This document shows positions 42,576-52,880 of a DNA stretch of 64,000 nucleotides, piece by piece (the first letter of the stretch is position 1; every line of letters begins with the position of its first letter). The notes beneath the pieces were generated by a model. It saw only the letters and a program-made list of their open reading frames with translations, was not told the origin of the DNA and made no database searches. The translations under genes were made by a program, and so were the position numbers. The stretch is from Nitrosopumilus sp. (GTDB lineage: Archaea; Thermoproteota; Nitrososphaeria; Nitrososphaerales; Nitrosopumilaceae). The stretch covers positions 1,303,849-1,367,848 of the forward strand of contig CBDBLX010000002.1 of the NCBI GenBank assembly GCA_965207445.1, given 5' to 3'.

Positions 42576-42810
42576 GTATGCTTTGAAATTCTAAAGAGAA
42601 AAAATTAAAGTTTGACCTCTGACCACTAATTAAGGATTCATTATATTGGCATGTTTTCATTTATTTTACATCTATAATAGATTATATGGCAATATGATTT
42701 TATATTGAAATTTACTTTGATTTTTATTTATTCTTATAATATATTGATTGTGCACAAGGTCTATTGTCTTTAGGTAATATTTTGAACTATCTATACATGC
42801 TACTATTTAT

Positions 42811-45800
42811 TCACGGGTCCGATATGGTACCAATAGCCAACCACATGTCTGCACTGATCTCAGCGTTGTCTGCTGCAACAATCTCAAGACGCATTTTCTC
42901 GTCACCTTCTTGAATACTGTCAGTTGTGGTCTTTACACTGACAGTGTGTGTTGTCTGGCCAGGCTCAAATCTTACAAGATCATTGTCAAATGTATAGTCG
43001 CTTCCGGCAACTGCCTCCACATCTATGGTAATATAGTAGACATCAACTGCGCGTGCATACGGGTGGTTGAGGCTTATGATAAAGTCCAAATCATTCCCCT
43101 CAGTTGCTGTCATGTCTCCGACAACAAATGCAGTCGGTATAACGTTTGGCAGTGTGAGTTGAACTGTTCTTGTTACGGCAGTGGCGACGTTTCCTGCCAT
43201 ATCTGTACACATGTATGTAATCTTATATGTATCACGGACAGATACATTAACAGCGCCATTTACGGTGGGTTTTATTGCACCATCCACACTATCAGTACAT
43301 GTGGCACCTGCATCAGTGTATGTCTCTCCCATAGGTATGAAAAGAGATGCTTTGCCATTTAGCGTCAACGTCGGAGGCGTGGTGTCTGAAACAAATATTG
43401 ATTGACTTTTTGTGCCGGTGTTGTCTGATGTGTCAGTGGCACTCCACTGTACTGTATGATTACCAACTGTAAATGACGCTATGACACTATCAGTTGTATT
43501 AATAGTGGCGGTCACAATAGTTTGTAGTGAACCTGTAGCATTGTGTGTTATTGTAAATGGCCCCTCAGATGTATCATGTATGACTGGAAAGCCTAACGCT
43601 ACACTAGTTGCGGGTCCTGTGGCTTCAACTTTAACATTTGGTATTAAAAGTGACGGCGGGGTGGTATCTTCAACTAGTACCACTTGGTTCACCGTACCGG
43701 TGTTGCCTGATATATCAGTGGCATTCCACTGTACAATGTAGCTACCTACTGCAAATGACACTATAACATTATCAGTTGTAGTAGTCACAGTTTGAAGTGA
43801 ACCTGTAGCATTGTGTATTATGAAAAATGGACCACCAGAGGCGTCTTGTACAACTGGCAAGCCTAACACTACACTAGTTGTGGGTCCTGTGGATTCAACT
43901 TTAACATTTGATATTAAAAGTGACGGTGGTGTAATGTCACCTATAGATATTATCCTGCTGACCGGTTCTGCTGCATTTCCTCTAGTGTCAGAGCATGTGT
44001 ACTTTATAGAGTATTGTCCGGCACTCGTTGTGTTAAGATTACTCTGAACTATGGGTTCTAAAACTCCATCCACACTATCTATACATGTAGCTCCCGCATC
44101 AGTATATGTATTCTCCACAAATGTGTGGACTAGTGCCTTGCCATTTAGCGTCAACGTCGGAGGTGTGGTGTCTGAAACCAATATTGATTGACTTTTTGTG
44201 CCGGTGTTGCCTGATGTGTCAGTGGCACTCCACTGTACTGTATGATTACCAACTGTAAATGACGCTATGACATTATCAGTTGTATTGGTGGTGGTGGTCA
44301 CAATAGTTTGGATTGAACCTGTAGCATTGTGTGTTATTGTAAATGGCCCCTCAGATGTATCATGTATGGCTGGAAAGCCTAATGTTACACTAGTTGTGGG
44401 TCCTGTGGCTTCAACTTTAACATTTGATATTAAAAGTGATGGTGGTATTACATCTTGTACTATAATCGTTCTGTCTGCAGATATATTTCTGCCAGCATCG
44501 TCTGTGCAAGAGTATGATATGGCGTATGTGCCTGGAACAAGTGTGTTGACTGTGCTACTCACAACAACAGGAGTTATGGACTTGCCATTATAGTCAATGC
44601 ACGTGACACCAGCATCAGTGTATGGTTGTTCACCTTCAGATATGTAAGTTGGGTTGTCCCCATGTACATTTATTGTAGGATCTGTAGGTTTTTCATCATC
44701 ATTTATGATATTGATTTGAAATGAGGCATCATCATAACTAAATTCGAATCCCCCCTCAGCAAGACTGCGAAGATTGCACGTGGAACTACATACAAATGAC
44801 GTATCATATCCCAATATCACTCCTCTCTGTGTAATCCCACTTGATGAGATGAGAAGAGGTGATACAGTAAGTGTTCTATCTTTTGTATCGTTGTTTGGTC
44901 TAGCAGTAAGCAGAAACGTCGCAGATTGCTGACCTTCAGTAAACAATATCTTTGCTGTGGCGCCGTGCACACCATCCATTACGATCAAAGCATATAGTGA
45001 TCCGTCCTCGTTATACCACACCTCTGACTTGCCTGCATCTGCTATCTGTTTTGTTCCCTTGCCATCTCTGAGTCCTATATACCAATGGTCATATGCCGTG
45101 CCACCCTTTACGTCAAATCCTACACCTACAGTCTCACCAGTTTCTAACTGGCGATTTAGTGTGACTTTGATTTTGGTCTTTCCTCCGTTCTCTGAAATGG
45201 ACGTCTTTTGTGCATCAAGTGATGCTGACAAGTACTTTTCATCATCTATTACATCAATTGCAATAGCGTTATGATTACTTAATATCGTACCGCCTGAAAC
45301 CCCGACTGATGTAGGTGCGTCAAGCAACGACACAGTAATGGTACGATCCACAGTATCACTGTTTGGTTTGGCAGTTATCACAAATGTCGCCTTTTTGGAG
45401 CCCTGGGTGAATACTGCTGTTGCTGCCGCCTCTGATTTTGAGCTGCTACTTTTGTACTCTACTCCATCATTACTTTCACCAAGCTTGATAGAAAAGTGCT
45501 CACGTAGTGTGGCACCTTGTACATCAAATGGTACTGTAATGGTCTCACCAGGCCCTAGTGTGCGGCTCAATTCTATGGTGAATTTTGCCTTGCCTCTATT
45601 CTCCCCAATGGCAGTCTTTTGTGTCTCAAGTGACACTGATACTGGCTTGTCATCATCGATAATGTCAATTGAAATAGTGTTGTTGTTATATAATGCCACA
45701 CCCTCTGAAACCCCAACTGATGTAGGCGCGTCAAGCAACGACACAGTAATGGTACGATCCACAGTATCACTGTTTGGTTTGGCAGTTATCACAAATGTCG

Positions 45801-48800
45801 CCTTTTTGGAGCCCTGGGTGAATACTGCTGTTGCTGGTTCTGATTTTGAGTTGCTACTTTTGTACTCTACTCCATCATTACTTCCACCAAGCTTGATAGA
45901 AAAGTGCTCACGTATTGTGCCACCTTGTACATCAAATGGTACTGTAATGGTCTCACCAGGCCCTAGTGTGCGGCTCAGCTTGATCATGAATCTTGTCTTG
46001 TCTTTGTTCTCCTCAATGGCAGTCTTTTTTGCATCAAGTGTCACTAACACAGATTTATCATTATACACTTGTACAATATCTGCCTGGGTTGTCGATGGTG
46101 TATCATCATTATCATCATCATCATCAACAATAACAGATACGGTTCGGCTGATCTGTGTTGCTGCGTTGTTTTGTGTATCAGAGCACACGTAATGTATAAT
46201 ATAACTTCCAACATTTGATGTATTCACACTACCTTGCATAATTGGCACAAGAGTGCCATCCACATTATCAGTGCACGTGGCCCCTGCATCGACGTATTGA
46301 CTATTCACAGTTACGACTACAGGCGTACTACCCTTTAGTGCCAATACAGGCGGCATAGTATCCTCAACTAGTACCACTTGATTTACAATACCTGTGTTGT
46401 CTGATGTATCAGTGGCACTCCACTGTACTATATGATTACCAACTGCAAATGATGCCATAACATTATCTGTTGTATTGGTGGTGGTAGTGGTCACAGTTTG
46501 AAGCGAACCTGTGGCATTGTGTGTTATGGTAAATGGACCGCCAGATGTATCATATATGACTGGAAAGCCTAATGCTACACTAGTTGCTGGTCCTGTGGCT
46601 TCAACTTTAACATTTTGTATTAAAAGTGATGGTGGCATAGTATCCTCAACTAGTACCACTTGATTTACAATACCTGTGTTGTCTGATGTATCAGTGGCAC
46701 TCCACTGTACTATATGATTACCAACTGCAAATGACGCCATAACATTATCAGTTGTATTGGTGGTGATCACAGTAGTTTGGAGTGAACCTGTGGCATTGTG
46801 GGTTATTGTAAATGGCCCCCCAGATGTATCATATATGACTGGAAAGCCTAATGCTACACTAGTTGCTGGTCCTGTGGCTTCAACTTTAATATTTGGTATT
46901 AAAAGTGATGGCGGCATTACATCTTGTACTATAATCGTTCTGTCTGCTGATGACTTTTTGCCAATATCATCTGTGCAAGAGTATGATACTGCATATGTGC
47001 CTGGAACAAGTGTGTTGACTGAACTACTCACAACAACAGGAGTTAGGGACTTGCCACTGTGGTCAACACATGTAGCACCTGCATCAGTGTATGGTTGTTC
47101 ACCTTCAGATATGTAAGTTGGGTTGTCCCCCAATATGCTTATTGTTGGTGCTGGTTTACCACCATCTTTGATGTTTACTGTAAATGAAGTGTCCTTGTCT
47201 AACATCACTCCACCCTCAACTCCAGTTGATGTCGGAGGTCCAAGTGATACTGTAATGTTGCGGCCTATTGCATCGTTGCTTTGGCCCGCTGCAAGTACAA
47301 GTGTTGCAGTGCGGGCGTCTTTAGAAAATGTCACATTGAAATTACCACCAACCCCTCCATTTAATGAGGTCAACTCTATTGTACCGCCCAACTTTTCATC
47401 TCTATTGTCTCCGCTGAGTCTGATTGACCAATGTTCAGGTGTTGTGCCCCCATTTACGACAAATGGTGTCGTGACAGTCTCACCTGGTTCTAGTGGACGG
47501 TCAAGATTAATTGTAAAGTTTGTCCCAGCCCCGTTTGTCAGAATTGATGTTTTTTGTGCGTTGATAGACACTGACATGGGCTTGCCGTCATCATCATTTA
47601 CTATATCGACTAGCAAAGTTTTTTGTGATGATAGTGGTGTGTATCCTGAGCCCTCATTTAGCGTTATTGTAACTGTACCGTCTTGTTCATCTGCAATATT
47701 GTTGTCTATAACAGGCAACGTCACTGATGCTGTTCCGCTTGTGGGAACTGACACTGTATGTGATCCCACATAACTAGAGTTTACAAAGCTTCCCACCTGT
47801 GATACTGTATATTTTACATCTAACGGTGACGATGGCGGTGGTTTGACATCTATGAAGAATGTGACATCATCATTCTCAGTCAGACTGATCATACCTGAAA
47901 TACTTGCTACCTTTGGTGGATCCGGTGAGGGGAGTATTGATGTCTTCCACAACACAAAGCCGTGAATATTTCCAACAGATGGGGTGGTGGACGAGTCAAC
48001 CCATCTTAATTCTAAAAGGTCATATAGCGAGTAAAATGGATGTCCTCCATCTTGTCTCTCGACGCGCGGTATCACTGATATGATCAATGATTCTGGATCT
48101 AGGTCACCATCATGTACAGTACTAAAAGATATGGTACCAGTGGTCGTGCCATTTTTTATGGTTAATATACCATCATAGTAGTTTATTTGAGGATCACCAT
48201 GATATATTGGTGTTGATGTGCGCACCGGTACAATGTCATCATATGTGATGGTATCGCCATCAGGGCATAGATTATTTAGATTATGATAGTTACCATGTAT
48301 ATCATTACATGGATGAAGTTGTACAATGAATTGATTGTCTGCTGGCGCGGCAGTATCTAGTGATATGGTGACTGTGATATCTTCACCTGCAGTCGGTGTA
48401 TTGGACGTGATGCTTGCCTGGATGGGGTCTGGGAATTCAATACGTAGTAGTTTGTCATCACCCTCATTTGGAGTACCTCTTCCGTCATTGTTGCTGGTCA
48501 GCAGATACAGTGTTCCGTTTGGATGCTGTATTGGTGTACGTATGCGCCCTAGATCACCATCAAACAACATGGTGTGTCCAGTTCCATCTATCTGCACCGC
48601 CCCGAGGTGTTCTCCGCGCAATGCCCCATACAAGAGCATTCCACCTACCTGTGGTGTTCCGTCTTTGGCAAAGACCAAACCTGATGGCGCCCATGTGTCA
48701 TTGCCGGAGTGTATCAGTGGTGGGATGGTGCCTTCCAAGACGCTGTCTCCGCGCGCGAATGGCCAACCATAGTTCCCACCGGGTATTATACGATTTATCT

Positions 48801-49758
48801 CATCTTGTCCAGTTGCTCCATGATCAGTAGCATACAGCGTGCCGGTGTTATCCCATGCTAATCCTTGTGGGTTACGCAATCCATATGCGTACACTGGGCT
48901 GTTTGGAAATGGGTTTCCTTGTGGGATAGAACCGTTTGGAGCGATACGTAATATTTTACCTGCCAGCGAATCTTTGATCCAAGAGTTTACGTTACGTCCT
49001 GCATCTCCAGTCGTCACATATAACATCGAATCTGGCCCGAATTTTATCCGTCCTCCATCATGATATGCCCCTGCAGGAATGTTGTCGATTATTGTAGTGT
49101 TGAATGTGAGTCCAGACTCTCCGTGTATGTATCTGCTGACCTTGTTGCCTCCTTCGGGATCTGTATGGTACACATATACCATATTCTCAAGTGCTGCAAC
49201 TCCCAACATGCCGCCCTCACCACCAGACACCCGAAGCCGCAACAGTTCAGTCATGTTTCCCTCATGCACACCATACAGCACTCCGGGTCTAGTTGACACA
49301 TACATCCAGCCGTCATTACCAAATGCCACGTCCCATGGTGCAGTTAGGTTAGTCAGTACGGGTATTGCTAGTGCACTTTTAGTTGCAGATGAGTTCTCAG
49401 ACATTGTTGTGAATGTGATTTTGGGTGTGATCTGGCCAAAAGCCGAGTGATATGTTGCTGTTGTTGTTGCTGTTGTTGTTGTTGTTGTTGTTGCTGTTGT
49501 TGTTGTTGTTGCAATTGACAGTGGTGTTGGCAGTAGTTGGATTGTTGTTTGATCTGGACCATACCTGACACCTCCCATGTCATTTATGTAAGTGTAAGAG
49601 TCAACATTATAGTTATCATCATACTCTTCCCACCACTCATAGTACGTGTTGGTATACGCAACGGCGGCAAAAGTGTGGGACTCGCCTCCAAGTACCAAAA
49701 CAGAGATCACTGCAACAAATATTATGGTCACAAGAGTAAGTGGTTTTTTTATGTTCAA
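42811..49758 (-). CDS. Giant surface protein: PQQ-dependent sugar dehydrogenase (GSDH) domain plus Calx-beta, DUF5011/HYR-like Ig repeats
   Basis: GEGGMLG, HDGGRIKFGPD, YGLRNPQG, DEIN..GGNYGWP; YTDAGATC.D repeats; C-terminal AGSDY Calx-beta. Confidence 0.9.
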   Translation of the reverse strand: MNIKKPLTLVTIIFVAVISVLVLGGESHTFAAVAYTNTYYEWWEEYDDNYNVDSYTYINDMGGVRYGPDQTTIQLLPTPLSIATTTTTATTTTTTTATTTATYHSAFGQITPKITFTTMSENSSATKSALAIPVLTNLTAPWDVAFGNDGWMYVSTRPGVLYGVHEGNMTELLRLRVSGGEGGMLGVAALENMVYVYHTDPEGGNKVSRYIHGESGLTFNTTIIDNIPAGAYHDGGRIKFGPDSMLYVTTGDAGRNVNSWIKDSLAGKILRIAPNGSIPQGNPFPNSPVYAYGLRNPQGLAWDNTGTLYATDHGATGQDEINRIIPGGNYGWPFARGDSVLEGTIPPLIHSGNDTWAPSGLVFAKDGTPQVGGMLLYGALRGEHLGAVQIDGTGHTMLFDGDLGRIRTPIQHPNGTLYLLTSNNDGRGTPNEGDDKLLRIEFPDPIQASITSNTPTAGEDITVTISLDTAAPADNQFIVQLHPCNDIHGNYHNLNNLCPDGDTITYDDIVPVRTSTPIYHGDPQINYYDGILTIKNGTTTGTISFSTVHDGDLDPESLIISVIPRVERQDGGHPFYSLYDLLELRWVDSSTTPSVGNIHGFVLWKTSILPSPDPPKVASISGMISLTENDDVTFFIDVKPPPSSPLDVKYTVSQVGSFVNSSYVGSHTVSVPTSGTASVTLPVIDNNIADEQDGTVTITLNEGSGYTPLSSQKTLLVDIVNDDDGKPMSVSINAQKTSILTNGAGTNFTINLDRPLEPGETVTTPFVVNGGTTPEHWSIRLSGDNRDEKLGGTIELTSLNGGVGGNFNVTFSKDARTATLVLAAGQSNDAIGRNITVSLGPPTSTGVEGGVMLDKDTSFTVNIKDGGKPAPTISILGDNPTYISEGEQPYTDAGATCVDHSGKSLTPVVVSSSVNTLVPGTYAVSYSCTDDIGKKSSADRTIIVQDVMPPSLLIPNIKVEATGPATSVALGFPVIYDTSGGPFTITHNATGSLQTTVITTNTTDNVMASFAVGNHIVQWSATDTSDNTGIVNQVVLVEDTMPPSLLIQNVKVEATGPATSVALGFPVIYDTSGGPFTITHNATGSLQTVTTTTTNTTDNVMASFAVGNHIVQWSATDTSDNTGIVNQVVLVEDTMPPVLALKGSTPVVVTVNSQYVDAGATCTDNVDGTLVPIMQGSVNTSNVGSYIIHYVCSDTQNNAATQISRTVSVIVDDDDDNDDTPSTTQADIVQVYNDKSVLVTLDAKKTAIEENKDKTRFMIKLSRTLGPGETITVPFDVQGGTIREHFSIKLGGSNDGVEYKSSNSKSEPATAVFTQGSKKATFVITAKPNSDTVDRTITVSLLDAPTSVGVSEGVALYNNNTISIDIIDDDKPVSVSLETQKTAIGENRGKAKFTIELSRTLGPGETITVPFDVQGATLREHFSIKLGESNDGVEYKSSSSKSEAAATAVFTQGSKKATFVITAKPNSDTVDRTITVSLLDAPTSVGVSGGTILSNHNAIAIDVIDDEKYLSASLDAQKTSISENGGKTKIKVTLNRQLETGETVGVGFDVKGGTAYDHWYIGLRDGKGTKQIADAGKSEVWYNEDGSLYALIVMDGVHGATAKILFTEGQQSATFLLTARPNNDTKDRTLTVSPLLISSSGITQRGVILGYDTSFVCSSTCNLRSLAEGGFEFSYDDASFQINIINDDEKPTDPTINVHGDNPTYISEGEQPYTDAGVTCIDYNGKSITPVVVSSTVNTLVPGTYAISYSCTDDAGRNISADRTIIVQDVIPPSLLISNVKVEATGPTTSVTLGFPAIHDTSEGPFTITHNATGSIQTIVTTTTNTTDNVIASFTVGNHTVQWSATDTSGNTGTKSQSILVSDTTPPTLTLNGKALVHTFVENTYTDAGATCIDSVDGVLEPIVQSNLNTTSAGQYSIKYTCSDTRGNAAEPVSRIISIGDITPPSLLISNVKVESTGPTTSVVLGLPVVQDASGGPFFIIHNATGSLQTVTTTTDNVIVSFAVGSYIVQWNATDISGNTGTVNQVVLVEDTTPPSLLIPNVKVEATGPATSVALGFPVIHDTSEGPFTITHNATGSLQTIVTATINTTDSVIASFTVGNHTVQWSATDTSDNTGTKSQSIFVSDTTPPTLTLNGKASLFIPMGETYTDAGATCTDSVDGAIKPTVNGAVNVSVRDTYKITYMCTDMAGNVATAVTRTVQLTLPNVIPTAFVVGDMTATEGNDLDFIISLNHPYARAVDVYYITIDVEAVAGSDYTFDNDLVRFEPGQTTHTVSVKTTTDSIQEGDEKMRLEIVAADNAEISADMWLAIGTISDP
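49454..49512. repeat. (GTT)n microsatellite encoding a poly-Thr linker
   Basis: GTT/GCT run of about 19 codons. Confidence 0.9.
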
Positions 49759-49873
49759 GTTGTTAAACGCCCTCTAATTATGTACTATATATTGATTATA
49801 TTTTGTTGATCTCGTTGTATTGTTTGTTGATATAGTACATAATAATTTACTATACTGATTCATTAAATTAATT

Positions 49874-51041
49874 GTGTGAACCAACCTTCCTGACTGATAT
49901 ATTCATTTAAAATTTAAATAAATAAAACAATTTAGATTTTGAGGTTTTACGATAATATTTTTTCATATTTAAATTAATTTATCTAAATTCATGGAAATAA
50001 TAAATACACTTATATGATTAAATCTTTTTATCAACACTATGAGTCAAAAAAGACCAGACAAAGCAGATGATGCATATATTCAATTAAAAATAAAATATAA
50101 AATCAACAACTTGAACAATAGTAGCTAGTAAGTATGAAGAGTTAAATAAAAAAGTTCATATCATAAATACATTAAAGCGCAGTGTCAATACATTAGAAGA
50201 AGATAACTTAAACCTAAAAAAATAACTTAAACCTAAAAAAAATAACTTAAACCTAAAAAAAATAACACTGCTATAAAAAAACAAAGTCAGAAAAAAGATA
50301 CAACCATACAAAATTATGAGACAAAGCTCAACTATTATGAGAATGCCCATACACCAGCATCAAAGCAGGAAGCCATACATCCAAATAAATCAAAAAGTAA
50401 TAAATCAAAAAGTAATAAATCAAAAACATCTGCACAAAACAAAAACAACACAAATGGTGCAAAGACTAACAAGACTAAACCCAACAAACAAAGTGGTGTT
50501 TTAGGGCATAATGGTGGTACTCGTATATTCAAAGCAACAGAAAAAAAGAGACATGTTGCTACATGTTGCCCAGAATGTGAAGGGTAAAAACAACATGCAA
50601 GACCCCCACAAGGATAAAAAACGGACAATAGTTTTGATACCTGAATTTGTCCCTCACACTGTAACACTACACAAAACTGCCCAGTACAATTGTCTTGACT
50701 GTGGTGTAAAATTTCAAGCTAAAAATAACCTTCCACCAAATGGTCAGTTCGATTACTCTGTAATTCGCCATGTAACATATCAATCCACGCACAGAAAGAC
50801 TCCTAAAATGATTTCAGAAGATTTAAAGAATCTGTACAAACTAGACGTTTCTGATACGACAATTCGTAATATATGCGACCATCAAACTATACTGCTAAAA
50901 CCCATAAGAGATGGTTTCATGGCAGAATTAGAAAAATCACAGTCAGTAATCATGAATGAGACCGAATACAAAGGTGAGCCCAAAAGATGGATAATGACAG
51001 TTAGAAACGATGACACCATATCGTACATGCAATTGATTTAA
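49874..51041 (+). pseudogene. IS66-like transposase pseudogene with left end matching MITE family 2
   Basis: GTGTGAACCAACCTTCCTGACTGATAT end; coiled coil, CCPEC and CLDCG zinc motifs, degenerate NET for DET; multiple frameshifts. Confidence 0.65.
50203..50266. repeat. ~19-bp tandem repeat
   Basis: ATAACTTAAACCTAAAAAA(A) x3. Confidence 0.85.
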
Positions 51042-51088
51042 CTCTATGTGTAGCTAATTAAAAATACTAAGCGTCGTACACTAACCGC

Positions 51089-52444
51089 ATGGAAGAAGGA
51101 GTGGTTAGGATTCATGCCGAAAACTTCAAGAGCCTGAAGGACTTTACAATCGACTTTAAAAAATTCAATGTACTGATTGGAACCAACGGTTCCGGAAAGT
51201 CCAACGTGCTTGAACTGTTCAAGTTTGCCAATCTATGTATAGTTCCAGACAGAATTCCCACATATCCATTTCGATCCTGGTCAGGATTCAAAAACATCGT
51301 ATGGTCCGGTGACGAGAATCAGGTGATTCGTCTCCAAGTTAGTCATTCCATAGCAAAGTATGACTTTGATTACAAGATAACTATAGGTGATTCAGGCGGC
51401 ACTCCTGAATTTTTGGATGAGGAATTAAATATTTCAAATTATCTACGTGTTTCGCGCAACGTTCAATCTCTCAAGTACGAGCTTGATTCCAAGTTCATGG
51501 ACACAGTAAAACATATACTATCCACATATACACTTGTTCGTGAGCTGTTGGATGATACACCAAAGCCACCCTGGACCGAAGAAATAGATAGTTCTGTCAC
51601 AATTCCAATGATAATTAGAGAATTCAACACCCGCCCCCTCAAGGGATATATGAGATCAAGAAGACCAACATCACGCTCATCATCCCATGACTCTAATTCG
51701 TCAGGTTATGATATTAACGATGTTGGATTCGTAATGCATTATGTTGAAAATTTGAATACAATACTTCGGATTCCTACTGTTAGAATTGGTGATGATAACA
51801 ACAAAAACTTTATCCACGAACATGCTACTAGTTTCCTAGCTGGACGACATTCCATGATTCTACTTCGACAGTTAAATTATACTGCCATCCGAGAGTCTCG
51901 GTCAGTCGAAGACTCCGATGAATTGAGGGAAGACGGCGTTGGATTAATTGGCAAACTGTTCCGCTGGTACACTAACAACCATCATCTACCTGATCGTTTT
52001 ATGCTTGCGCTTGAACACCTATTTCCTAGCTGGCAGATCAATTTTGATGTAACTACAGATGGACGGATACTGCTAAAAGTATATGATGGTGGCATGGCTT
52101 TATCCCCATCATCAATTCCAGACGGCTTTTACAAACTGCTTGCAATACTCGCAGCCGTAGAAATGGGACCAAAATTCCTACTAATAGACGAGGTAGATAC
52201 GTCACTGCATGCTGAAATTATCGACTATGTTCTCAGTGAGCTTCGTACTTGTGAATCACATGTAATTATTACCACACATTCTCCACTGGTAATAGATGCA
52301 GTTAAACTTGAAGATGTTATAATTCTTAAAAGAACTAAATCTGGTACCATATATGAGAGAATTAAAAATCCTGACAGTATGCAAAAAGAATTGCGCGACC
52401 AAGGACTTACGCTAAGCGAAAGCTGGATATATGGTGGATCATGA
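51089..52444 (+). CDS. AAA_21/AbiEii-like ABC-type ATPase
   Basis: NFKS, GTNGSGKS, degenerate signature IPDG, LLIDEVDTSLH, ITTHSP. Confidence 0.88.
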   Translation: MEEGVVRIHAENFKSLKDFTIDFKKFNVLIGTNGSGKSNVLELFKFANLCIVPDRIPTYPFRSWSGFKNIVWSGDENQVIRLQVSHSIAKYDFDYKITIGDSGGTPEFLDEELNISNYLRVSRNVQSLKYELDSKFMDTVKHILSTYTLVRELLDDTPKPPWTEEIDSSVTIPMIIREFNTRPLKGYMRSRRPTSRSSSHDSNSSGYDINDVGFVMHYVENLNTILRIPTVRIGDDNNKNFIHEHATSFLAGRHSMILLRQLNYTAIRESRSVEDSDELREDGVGLIGKLFRWYTNNHHLPDRFMLALEHLFPSWQINFDVTTDGRILLKVYDGGMALSPSSIPDGFYKLLAILAAVEMGPKFLLIDEVDTSLHAEIIDYVLSELRTCESHVIITTHSPLVIDAVKLEDVIILKRTKSGTIYERIKNPDSMQKELRDQGLTLSESWIYGGS

Positions 52445-52554
52445 AGTATTATTTTATCGTGGAAGATCATTTTGGTCCACAATTTATCAAAGAGTTATTT
52501 AGAAAAAAATCCGATGAGGGGATATTTTTTGGTAGACTGATTAATGCATACTGA
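52441..52554 (+). pseudogene. Truncated partner of the ATPase (TOPRIM-like start), cut by the 108-bp element
   Basis: ATGA overlap; MKYYFIVEDHFGPQFIKELF..LINAY*, stop supplied by the inserted element. Confidence 0.6.
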
Positions 52555-52657
52555 TATGATTAAAGATCCGATATTTTGATTGATATTCATCTCGAAGTTG
52601 AGCACATATTATGAATATAAAATATTAGAAAACTATCGGATCTTTAATGAAACTATT
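52550..52657. mobile_element. 108-bp element family 3, copy 2
   Basis: Inverted near-identical copy of 24855-24962; flanked by ATGCAT/ATGCAT. Confidence 0.8.
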
Positions 52658-52880
52658 ATGCATCATGATATCTTGTTGCAATCGCATTCATCGTTCGGTG
52701 TCCATACACTAGTGAAATGATTGATCCCTCACTTAACATATGTACTTTAATGAACATAAAAAATTCACAATTTTATGCGATAATGTAAAACAGCATTCAT
52801 ACTTTTCATCGATCTTTGTTGTTTATGATAAACTACCCACTGCATTTTTTTATTAGATATGATTCAAAAAAAAAATACTA

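Noticed and set aside
49368..49583. Poly-Gln ORF
   Set aside because: Alternate frame of the poly-Thr microsatellite in the giant protein
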